Shown here piece after piece: positions 1 through 7,231 of a DNA stretch of 40,586 bases; position 1 is the stretch's first letter; every line of letters begins with the position of its first letter. The DNA comes from an archaeon (lineage in GTDB: Archaea > Iainarchaeota > Iainarchaeia > Iainarchaeales > Iainarchaeaceae). The stretch covers positions 1-40,586 of the forward strand of contig DATDXA010000024.1 in assembly GCA_035289485.1 (NCBI GenBank), written 5' to 3'. Below the pieces are notes generated by a model. That model saw nothing but the letters and a program-made list of their open reading frames with translations, did not search any database and was not told the DNA's origin. A program made the translations under genes and the position numbers.

Positions 1-2
1 AC

Positions 3-152
3 CTCAGAACAAGGACATTCCAAGGCCACATTAACGAGATTCTCTGCAAGGCTATTTGCCACAACATCGTTGTTCTGATTCACGAGATTAATGAAATGGG
101 CGTAAATCCTTCATTCTTCTGGGGCGCAAACGAAACTTTAAGGCACTGGTGA
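3..152 (+). CDS. Transposase, C-terminal fragment (IS4/IS5-superfamily-like DDE), runs off the left edge
   Basis: Not in the ORF track. Frame 3 reads LRTRTFQGHINEILCKAICHNIVVLIHEINEMGVNPSFFWGANETLRHW*. The NE-x-LCK-x-x-CHNI-x-VLI-x-E-x-x-E-x-G pattern matches my recollection of the C-terminal helix of archaeal DDE transposases. Confidence 0.65.
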   Translation, partial: LRTRTFQGHINEILCKAICHNIVVLIHEINEMGVNPSFFWGANETLRHW

Positions 153-1066
153 CTAATTCGGTTGGTTTATATAGGCGGGCAATTCATCGCCATTTGGTGG
201 TGTCAATTGAATTGCCCGTATTGTTTGGCGCAAACGCCAATAATATGGTGGGGGTATAGGAAAAACAAGGGTAGAGGCCGTGTTCAACGCTGGCTTTGCC
301 AGCGTTGTAAAAGAACGTTCATAGAACGCGATGCGTTCTATCGCAAGCATAAAGCTCCAGAAACGATTTTGAGCGTTCTCATTCAGTGGTTTAAGGGATT
401 GACTTCAAGAGAGCTCGCTGAAGAGCACTCAGTTTGCCAGCGCAGTGTGCTGCGCTGGCTCAAAGAATATATTGGAAAATTGTACGCGTACTTGCGTGAG
501 CGGGTTCCGCGCTTTACAAAGAAGCTTCATTTGGATGAATTGTTTTTGAAAATGCGCGGAACATTCTACTACCTCTGGGATGGATTGTGCAAAGAAACGC
601 GTTTCTTCGTGTTTTTCTTCAGCAAAAACAGGGATTATTATTCGTGCACGAAACTTTTGGAGCAATGCCCGCAAGCGGGCATTGTGGTAACCGATGGTGC
701 GTTCTCATACGCACGCGCAGTAAGAGAACGCTACGGTTCACAAGCTAAACACGTTCAATGCATAGAATTTGAAGACAAGAAAAACAACAATATAATGGAG
801 CGAATGCAAAACACAGCACGCAGATGGCTACATCCGCGCAGAGGGTTCCATTCATTGGAAACAGGAACCCTCCAACTACTCGGGTTTTGGGTTTTCTACA
901 ACTTCATCCGAACACACATGAGCTTAGGAAAAACCCCTGCCGAAAAGGCAGGGGTTATTGAACCGTGGAGAAACCTCAAAAACCAAAAGGAGCGCCTAAA
1001 GGCGCTCCTAAACCGAGCCTACCTTTTATGGCACATATTCCACCAACCGAAAATGTCAGCACTGCC
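142..1066 (+). mobile_element. IS6-family insertion sequence, 925 bp
   Basis: 25-bp imperfect terminal inverted repeats with 20/25 identity: 142-166 GGCACTGGTGACTAATTCGGTTGGT and the reverse complement of 1042-1066 GGCAGTGCTGACATTTTCGGTTGGT. They start GGCA(C/G)TG like IS26/IS6 ends and enclose a DDE transposase. No target-site duplication is visible. Confidence 0.85.
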
Positions 1067-1070
1067 ATAA
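207..1070 (+). CDS. IS6-family DDE transposase with N-terminal zinc ribbon and HTH
   Basis: CPYC...CQRC zinc ribbon, HTH (LTSRELAEEHSVCQRSVLRW), catalytic LHLDE / VVTDG / NNIMER. The likely start is TTG at 207 after GGTGGTG (196-202), with a TATA box TTTATATA at 166-173. The ORF track starts it at 162. Confidence 0.9.
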   Translation: MNCPYCLAQTPIIWWGYRKNKGRGRVQRWLCQRCKRTFIERDAFYRKHKAPETILSVLIQWFKGLTSRELAEEHSVCQRSVLRWLKEYIGKLYAYLRERVPRFTKKLHLDELFLKMRGTFYYLWDGLCKETRFFVFFFSKNRDYYSCTKLLEQCPQAGIVVTDGAFSYARAVRERYGSQAKHVQCIEFEDKKNNNIMERMQNTARRWLHPRRGFHSLETGTLQLLGFWVFYNFIRTHMSLGKTPAEKAGVIEPWRNLKNQKERLKALLNRAYLLWHIFHQPKMSALP

Positions 1071-1123
1071 ATCAACCTGGCGTAAAGCCCCTTGACCGCT
1101 AGATTAAAGTAACCCATTTTTTA

Positions 1124-1495
1124 TCACACCAAAAATGTCATCACCAAAAGCAAAGTGAAAACGGTAATTGCCCAGATTCCTGTGAAATTCTTTTTCACAA
1201 AAGAGCTGCTGTCCGCTGCGGAGAGTGCCACCATTTTCAGCGGCAGATAAAGCCCCACACCAAGAAGGTAGAGCCCGACTCCAGTTGCTGAAATGAAATC
1301 GAGAAAAATCCACACATAAGGCCAGAAGAGGAAAAAATAGAACACGGTGTGCTTCTCGCTAACGAACGCTGTAACGAATGCGTATCCGAGAACAACCCAG
1401 AGAAGATTATTCATGGTGATGTCTATGAACCAGACTAAATTCAGGGAGAATAGTGCCCCTACCGCGTCAAAGAAAAGTGTGGACATTTTATTCAA
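1124..1495 (-). CDS. Hypothetical multi-pass membrane protein (paralog of 1673..2041)
   Basis: 123 aa with about four hydrophobic segments. It aligns by eye with the 122-aa protein (FID..NN.L..., K.T...F..., D....TG..., K...LS). It overlaps the stop of the upstream gene. Confidence 0.7.
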   Translation of the reverse strand: MNKMSTLFFDAVGALFSLNLVWFIDITMNNLLWVVLGYAFVTAFVSEKHTVFYFFLFWPYVWIFLDFISATGVGLYLLGVGLYLPLKMVALSAADSSSFVKKNFTGIWAITVFTLLLVMTFLV

Positions 1496-1670
1496 CGCTC
1501 CCCAAAGTAAATAGTGAATCTAGTATCAACACCGCAAAAAAGCTGAATATTCCGATGTCAGTGAAGGCGGTGTCATTTAGCGAGCCTGGCAGAGCCGCTT
1601 CGCTAAGGCCAGTAAGAAGAAGATATGCAAGGCCAAACCAGAGGCCGTAAACTATTAGCTTAAAGCCCAT
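1488..1670 (-). CDS. Small two-TM hypothetical protein (60 aa)
   Basis: MGFKLIVYGLWFGLAYLLL... preceded by a strong RBS (GGAGGTG). It is tightly packed between the two paralogous membrane genes. Confidence 0.6.
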   Translation of the reverse strand: MGFKLIVYGLWFGLAYLLLTGLSEAALPGSLNDTAFTDIGIFSFFAVLILDSLFTLGSVE

Positions 1671-1672
1671 TG

Positions 1673-2041
1673 TTACGCACCTCCAATGAAAAAGGTATAG
1701 AACCACATCAGAAAGTATGCGGAAACGGATGAGACGACAACAATGTATTTTCTAAGCGAAGGGACGCTCTCAACAAATCCGAGGAGCGCAAGTTTTGATG
1801 CGTAGTAGAGCAAAAGGAAGGACGCGCCGCTGAATGCAATTCCAGTAATGTCCTGCCAGTCAATTATCGCCCAGAGCAAAAAGCCCCAGAGCACGAAAAA
1901 GTAAAGGGTTTTTTTGCCTCCGAAAAAGATGTGAATCATCACATAGAAGAGGAAAACAAAGAGAATGTTGTTCAGAACGAGGTCTATGAAGAATCCTATA
2001 TCTAAGCCTGCGATGGCATGTATTGCCTGCCAAAATACCAT
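1673..2041 (-). CDS. Hypothetical multi-pass membrane protein
   Basis: 122 aa and very hydrophobic, with RBS GAGGT upstream of the ATG. First gene of a three-gene operon. Confidence 0.75.
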   Translation of the reverse strand: MVFWQAIHAIAGLDIGFFIDLVLNNILFVFLFYVMIHIFFGGKKTLYFFVLWGFLLWAIIDWQDITGIAFSGASFLLLYYASKLALLGFVESVPSLRKYIVVVSSVSAYFLMWFYTFFIGGA

Positions 2042-2221
2042 TCTTTACCTCTAGCCTGCTAATATTGGCCCTTATAGAGTATATTAAGTTAATCTTGTAA
2101 CGATAAAGAGTTACTAATATAGTTGGTTTGATTCAGAGAGAGGTTTTTAAGCAATTCCTAGCGGTTTTCTTTACTCGGTGAGAGAGAGTACGACTAGACC
2201 GCCTTTTAGGCTTTCTTCTTT

Positions 2222-2275
2222 TTTCTTTTTCCCCGGGGTTTTTCTTTTTCTTTTTAAGAAAAAGAAAAAGGCCGG
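2222..2275. repeat. Hairpin-plus-tail dispersed repeat, copy 1 (5' of tRNA-Glu)
   Basis: Perfect 14-bp stem TTTTTCTTTTTCTT (2239-2252) / AAGAAAAAGAAAAA (2256-2269) with a 3-nt loop, preceded by a TTTCTTTTT tail. Confidence 0.75.
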
Positions 2276-2349
2276 CCCCGATCGTCTAGCCCGGTCAAGG
2301 ATGTCACCCTCTCACGGTGAAAACACGGGTTCAAATCCCGTTCGGGGCA
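2275..2349 (+). tRNA. tRNA-Glu(CTC)
   Basis: Acceptor GCCCCGA/TCGGGGC, anticodon arm TCACC-CTCTCAC-GGTGA, T arm ACGGG-TTCAAAT-CCCGT. No intron and no encoded CCA. Confidence 0.96.
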
Positions 2350-2397
2350 TTTAACGCATTAAACAGTGCCAAAAGGCGCAATTCCTTAGTTTGGGGC

Positions 2398-3042
2398 TCA
2401 TTTGTATGGCCCTATTGCCCCGAAAAATTCACTTTCAGTAATTGGCCCCACAAGCTTATCGGTGTAGAGGCAGACCCCTTCTTTTGGCCATTTTTCCCAC
2501 ATTCCGCTAAAGCCTTTGCCCATTACTTCGCTGAAATATTTGGACACTTCATTGAAATGTATGAAGCTCAAATCTACGTATGAGCGGTCAGCGCTTTTCT
2601 GCTTTAACCCGTGGCAGAAAGGGTACAATTCGGCATAATTCTCCACTTTTTTATCTGAAATGAAAGGAAACATCCGGCACTCAGCCGGGCGAGCGGAGTA
2701 GATTGTGCACCCAGAATTTTCGCTATTATAGAACGTGCATGCTCCGTCTTCTCTGCGCTTGAAAACAAGCATTGGAAGCGCTATGAAAAAATCAGGAACT
2801 TTTCCCAAGTGCCCCTCGATTTTTTCAAGGATTTTTTTAGGAATTAGGCTGCTTGAAACCATTATTTTCTCTTTTTGGTACTCTGTTGGGAAGAGCTGCA
2901 AAAAGAGCTGCATGTGCTTTTCTATGAACTCATTTACTGTGAGGTTTTTGAGCCTGGCCTGAGCCTCAACCTCGTGCGGGAGCGAAATGATGTAGTAGCG
3001 CTTGCAGCACTCCCCGCACCTCTGGCACTCGAAATTCAACAT
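2398..3042 (-). CDS. YkgJ-family (CxxCxxCC) cysteine-cluster protein
   Basis: FECQRCGECC at the N-terminus, then CTFY...CTIYSARPAECRMFPF...CHG. Confidence 0.88.
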   Translation of the reverse strand: MLNFECQRCGECCKRYYIISLPHEVEAQARLKNLTVNEFIEKHMQLFLQLFPTEYQKEKIMVSSSLIPKKILEKIEGHLGKVPDFFIALPMLVFKRREDGACTFYNSENSGCTIYSARPAECRMFPFISDKKVENYAELYPFCHGLKQKSADRSYVDLSFIHFNEVSKYFSEVMGKGFSGMWEKWPKEGVCLYTDKLVGPITESEFFGAIGPYK

Positions 3043-3122
3043 AACCTTTCCGAAAAAACCTTGAGATGGAACGGTTTTAAAGGGTTAAGAAAGTTCAATT
3101 AGTAAGCTAATCAGAAGAGTTC

Positions 3123-3177
3123 TTTTCTTTTTAGTCGAGGTTTTTCTTTTCTTCGCAGAAGAAAAGAAAAAAGTCGG
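3123..3177. repeat. Hairpin-plus-tail dispersed repeat, copy 2 (5' of tRNA-Thr)
   Basis: Perfect 14-bp stem TTTTTCTTTTCTTC (3141-3154) / GAAGAAAAGAAAAA (3158-3171) with loop GCA, preceded by a TTTTCTTTTTAGTCGAGG tail. Confidence 0.78.
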
Positions 3178-3268
3178 CCTCCATGGCTCAGCGGTAGAGC
3201 GGCGGTTTTGTAATTCCCGAAGGGAACAAACGAACCGCAGGTCCTGGGTTCGATCCCCAGTGGAGGCT
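3177..3268 (+). tRNA. tRNA-Thr(TGT) with 20-nt intron (3213-3232) at position 37/38
   Basis: Acceptor GCCTCCA/TGGAGGC, anticodon stem GCGGT/ACCGC. Clean bulge-helix-bulge: central helix TTTG/CAAA, bulges TAA and CGA, outer helix TTCCC/GGGAA. Confidence 0.95.
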
Positions 3269-3400
3269 TATTCCCATTGCAAATGGGAATACCCGTCGCA
3301 CCCAACTCCTCGTTGCGCCCTTCCGAGGCGCAACTCGGACGAAACTGTTGCTTTTAATAGTAGAATAACGTAATCATTGCAGCAGAAACGGTGAAAAAAA

Positions 3401-3847
3401 ATGCCAGACGAAAAATACATCCAGTTCATTTCAAATTACGATGACTGGGTCTCTATAAAAAAGCTCAAAATTGAGGGTGTAACAGACCCGCGCACCATAA
3501 TGGAATTTTTGGCAAGCCTTGGAACCGGAATCGACAACAAGGTCGAGGCGAATTTGCGCAAAATTGTAAAGCTTGAAAAAGTTGATGCCGCAATTGCGGA
3601 GCTTGGCTTAGGAAAGAGAACGGATATTGCAAAAGCGATTGAGGATGTTTCTTCACGGAAAGTAAATGCGGTGATAAAAGAAATTGTCGAAGAGACCGCG
3701 CTGCAAACCGGCGAGAAGAAGGAAGTCGAGGGTTTTTGCAGGACCTATGCCATGAGAAAGGCGCTCAAAGAGTGCGCCCTGCCTGTCGATTACAGCGGGA
3801 TTGAAATTCCCGGAATGAAAAGGCTTATGAAGAAGAAAAAAGAGTGA
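3401..3847 (+). CDS. DUF2666-like archaeal conserved protein
   Basis: N-terminal IQFISNYDDWVSIKKLKI...IMEFLAS pattern recalled from DUF2666. RBS GGTGA upstream. Confidence 0.7.
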   Translation: MPDEKYIQFISNYDDWVSIKKLKIEGVTDPRTIMEFLASLGTGIDNKVEANLRKIVKLEKVDAAIAELGLGKRTDIAKAIEDVSSRKVNAVIKEIVEETALQTGEKKEVEGFCRTYAMRKALKECALPVDYSGIEIPGMKRLMKKKKE

Positions 3848-3851
3848 ACAC

Positions 3852-4715
3852 ATGTTTGAACCATTGCAGCCGGAGATTGCTTTCAGCCACTTCGTCCAGG
3901 GTTTTTCAAGCGCGCCTGCAGATGTTTTTTTCCAAATAATTACCCTTTTTGGCAACCCGCTTGTGTGGTTTGCGCTCGCAGCTTTCCTTTACTGGAAAGG
4001 CGATGAGAAGAAATCTTTTTTCATAGCTTCTACGCTTCTTTTCGCGGCTGCGGTAGTTGGGTTGATGAAAGAGGCCACAGGAAGGCTGCGGCCATCTGAA
4101 CCTGAATTTCGCGTGATTGTAAAGGACATAGAGTCGCCCCTTTCATTCCCTTCAGGGCACGCGACAACCATTGCTGGAATTTTTGGGTATTATTATGAAA
4201 AAATCACACACGCCGGAAGGTATGCGTGGATTGTTTTAGTTCTCTTGGTGATGCTCTCAAGAATTTATCTGGGTGCGCACTATTTAGGAGACGTAATTGT
4301 TGGAGCGCTCTTTGGGCTTTTGATTGGAAGGCTTGTGCACTACTTAGAGGAGAGGTATTCGCGCACGAAATTTAACAGGGAAACAATGCTTGAAGAAGCG
4401 GGGCTTATTGTTGCGGTGGTAGCCGCCCTTTCAATTTCACTTTTCTTCCGCTCTTTTGCGCTTGCAAGCGCGCTGCTTGGGTATTTTGCGGGAGCTTTCG
4501 CTTTCAAATTGCTTAACCACGATTCGCCAAAGCTTGATGGCAGGCACCTTATTTTGAAAGAAGCGATTGGGTTTGGAACGCTTGGGATGATTGCGACGTT
4601 AGCACTTGTAGAAGAGCTGGCGCCCGAAGTTCTTTTTGCAGCGGGCCTCTGGGTTACATTCATTTACCCGATTTTATACAACAAGGTCATTTTGGGCCGC
4701 AAAGTCCTGCAATAG
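3852..4715 (+). CDS. PAP2-family membrane phosphatase
   Basis: Motifs KxxxxRxRP (KEATGRLRP), SFPSGH and SRIYLGAHY, plus multiple TM segments. Confidence 0.93.
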   Translation: MFEPLQPEIAFSHFVQGFSSAPADVFFQIITLFGNPLVWFALAAFLYWKGDEKKSFFIASTLLFAAAVVGLMKEATGRLRPSEPEFRVIVKDIESPLSFPSGHATTIAGIFGYYYEKITHAGRYAWIVLVLLVMLSRIYLGAHYLGDVIVGALFGLLIGRLVHYLEERYSRTKFNRETMLEEAGLIVAVVAALSISLFFRSFALASALLGYFAGAFAFKLLNHDSPKLDGRHLILKEAIGFGTLGMIATLALVEELAPEVLFAAGLWVTFIYPILYNKVILGRKVLQ

Positions 4716-4764
4716 CCTTTTAAATAATTCAAAGCCCAAAATAGTGCATACAATTCTGGCTAGA

Positions 4765-4963
4765 CCCTCCTTAGCATAGTAGCTAATGCGTCCGGCTGTA
4801 GAACAACCCTTTTCTTTCGTTACACGAAAGAAAAGCGTTGACGGAAAAGAAAGTGTAAAAGCTTGATTTTTCGTTGGCGTCAATCCCCTTGCGGGGACGA
4901 AAATAACCGTTTCTAGTTTGTGCGGTTACCGGAAGATCCCCGGTGCAAATCCGGGAGGAGGGA
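4765..4963 (+). tRNA. tRNA-Tyr(GTA) with a long 126-nt intron (4802-4927) at position 37/38
   Basis: Acceptor CCCTCCT/AGGAGGG (C1-G72, discriminator A, as in archaeal Tyr), anticodon stem TCCGG/CCGGA, T arm CCCGG-TGCAAAT-CCGGG. BHB: central helix CTGT/GCGG, bulges AGA and TTA, outer helix ACAA/TTGT. Confidence 0.9.
4804..4853. repeat. Hairpin-plus-tail dispersed repeat, copy 3 (inside the tRNA-Tyr intron, opposite orientation to copies 1, 2 and 4)
   Basis: CAACC-CTTTTCTTTCGT-TAC-ACGAAAGAAAAG-CGTTG-ACGGAAAAGAAAG. Perfect 12-bp stem; its flanks nearly match the reverse complement of copy 4. Confidence 0.8.
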
Positions 4964-5239
4964 TTACACCGAAAGGTTGGCGGTTGGGGGCATCTGACTT
5001 GTGGTGCGGGTTCTTGGCCTGTGGTTAACGGGCCACAAAATATACTGCGCCATAACGGATTATGATGAGAAATTTCATTGAAAATATCCTGAAGCTTTTT
5101 CACATTGAAAAACCAATATTGCCAAAACTGCTTAGTTTTGGGTTTTTGCCAAAGTTTATTGCCTCAAGCCAAATAATCCAATATTTTCATGAACCCTTGC
5201 GAAAGCAAGGTATAAATAGTAAGATATACTCTAAAGAAA

Positions 5240-7219
5240 GTGATGAAATTGCATAAGATGTATTTTATAGCGTTAATTCTTTTTTTCGCTTCACTTGCAA
5301 ATGCGGCCGCGCCAACTGTTGCCATTACTGACCCTGATGGGGATGGAAATTATTTGAGACAGACTCAGATAATTACTTTCACTGTAACCGACACGGACGC
5401 AAATTCCAATGCAGACGCCAACCTTTTTGCGGATATTTATGTTAGCGCAACGGCAGGAGCAAAAACAACTTTAGTAATAAACGACCTAAACTTAATGAAT
5501 ACTGCAAGATGTGGCGACCAGAACTTTGTTACCCAAAATACATGTACAATAGATTTCAACTTTGCAACACACGCTGATGGAAATTTCTTTTTGGACGTAA
5601 ATGTTGCGGATTGGACGCCGGCCGGGGTTGTGAGGGACTCTGCACTTGACTCTTCGGCAGGAAGTTTTACCATAGACTCAGGGGCACCTGTGATAAATTT
5701 TATTTCCCCTACAGCCGGCCAGACAGTGGTTTCAAAAGTCATGCGCTTTGATGTTAATGATTCGCGTTCCCCCATAACGCTTTCTTCCATAGCAGTAAAG
5801 CTAAATGGCGTGACTTCTTCGGCATTTACTAGCGGCGCGTGCAGTTTAGTCGGGGACAAGAACTACTTATGTTCTTACACTGAAACAGGAATAAGTTCAA
5901 ATCAGGATTACAACCTTACGGTGAGTGCAAGTGATTTTGCGACAAATGCTTCCGGTGACAGCAATAGGTCTTTTACATATGATTCCTCCGTTTCGGCAGT
6001 TACAATTACATACCCGTCACAAAATTTCGTTTACATCAATGTATTCGACTCCACGGTCACTTATAGCAATCCGGATTCTGATATAGCAAAATACTGGGTG
6101 TGGATTGACAATAGCTCGGTTATAGATAATGGCACAAACACGTCATATATTTTCGCAGGATTAACCCTTGGAACCCACACAATAAACGTAATTGCAATGG
6201 ATAATCTCGACAATAACAGTGTTACCGCCAGTGTTATATTCTCAATATCGGCAGGGGGAGGAAGCGGAGTGGCTTGCGGTAATCTTAGGTGCGATGGCAC
6301 GGAAAGCGCAGCCACATGCCCGACTGATTGTTCACCGGTATGCGGAGATAATGTTTGTACAGGCACAGAAAGCGTAAATACCTGCCCGGCAGACTGCGGC
6401 CCGGCAAAAGTATGCGGCAATGATGCGTGTGAAGCCGGTGAGAACTATAATCTCTGCCCGCAGGACTGTGAACCGCCGAAGGGACAGAAAGTTAGGGAGA
6501 TTATACTTAGCAGGGAAACAAAAGGAAAGCCCGGCATCGAGGATATGCGAAAAATACTTGAGGCTGCCGGGGCTTCGGAGAATGCTCTGGACAAGGCGGT
6601 AATGGCTCACTCTAAGGCAGAATCTTCAAGGAAATTTGAAGTCATAAGGGAAGAGGATGTAACGGGGGAGAGATTCACAACAATAGTTGAGATAGCGGTA
6701 AAAAATAATTCCGGAAGGGAGATGAGGAATGTCAAGGTTATGGAGGAAATACCAAAAGAGGCACTTGAGAGCGCCAAAAACATTGCAAGTTCCGCGCAAT
6801 TCAGGGTGATAAAAGACGACCCGATTGTGGAGTTTACTATTGAAAGTATTCGGGCAGGAGAATCAAAATCAATAAAGTACTCGATTGATGATGCCCTAAC
6901 AAGCGATAACATCGATAGTTTCCGGGTGGCCCCAATAATAGCGGACTTTTCAGAGGGGGAAAAAGCGGGCTGTTCGGCCCTTAATTGCAATGATGGGAAT
7001 GCGTGCACGAATGACAGTTGTGAAAATTCGGCATGCCTCAATATTCCAAAGTCCGATGGCACCAGCTGCGGTGCTGGCCTTGCATGCAAAGATGGGACAT
7101 GCGTTGCATCGCAGGTCCAGGAGCTTGCAGGAGACGGAAGTGGCGGCAATGCCTGGCTTTTGGCGGGCGCAATTGCAATTATTGCGGCACTTGGATACAT
7201 CTTCTTTATCAAAAAATAA
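5240..7219 (+). CDS. Secreted, C-terminally anchored surface protein with Ig-like domains and Cys-rich repeats
   Basis: Signal peptide, beta-rich Ig-like segments with many N-x-S/T sequons, three CGxxxCxxxE-x4-CPxDC repeats, a further Cys-rich module, and a C-terminal TM followed by IKK. TATA box TATAAATA at 5211-5218. Confidence 0.85.
   Translation: MMKLHKMYFIALILFFASLANAAAPTVAITDPDGDGNYLRQTQIITFTVTDTDANSNADANLFADIYVSATAGAKTTLVINDLNLMNTARCGDQNFVTQNTCTIDFNFATHADGNFFLDVNVADWTPAGVVRDSALDSSAGSFTIDSGAPVINFISPTAGQTVVSKVMRFDVNDSRSPITLSSIAVKLNGVTSSAFTSGACSLVGDKNYLCSYTETGISSNQDYNLTVSASDFATNASGDSNRSFTYDSSVSAVTITYPSQNFVYINVFDSTVTYSNPDSDIAKYWVWIDNSSVIDNGTNTSYIFAGLTLGTHTINVIAMDNLDNNSVTASVIFSISAGGGSGVACGNLRCDGTESAATCPTDCSPVCGDNVCTGTESVNTCPADCGPAKVCGNDACEAGENYNLCPQDCEPPKGQKVREIILSRETKGKPGIEDMRKILEAAGASENALDKAVMAHSKAESSRKFEVIREEDVTGERFTTIVEIAVKNNSGREMRNVKVMEEIPKEALESAKNIASSAQFRVIKDDPIVEFTIESIRAGESKSIKYSIDDALTSDNIDSFRVAPIIADFSEGEKAGCSALNCNDGNACTNDSCENSACLNIPKSDGTSCGAGLACKDGTCVASQVQELAGDGSGGNAWLLAGAIAIIAALGYIFFIKK
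6275..6469 (+). repeat. Three tandem Cys-rich protein repeats (CG-x3-C-x3-E-x4-CP-x-DC)
   Basis: CGNLRCDGTESAATCPTDC, CGDNVCTGTESVNTCPADC and CGNDACEAGENYNLCPQDC. Two more copies lie at the N-terminus of 7232..8986. Confidence 0.85.
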
Positions 7220-7231
7220 ACCATTGTAATT

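Noticed and set aside
4802..4927. C/D-box guide RNA inside the tRNA-Tyr intron
   Set aside because: No RUGAUGA or CUGA boxes are present in the intron.
5047..5095. 5S rRNA-like start (GCCATAACGG) and C/D-like ATGATGA...CTGA
   Set aside because: The downstream sequence does not continue as 5S rRNA, and the two boxes span only about 31 nt, too short for a typical two-guide sRNA.
2317..5256. ORFs 2317..2583, 3111..3305, 4674..4883, 4783..5103 and 5062..5256
   Set aside because: They overlap tRNA genes, opposite-strand genes or promoter DNA and have no family signature.
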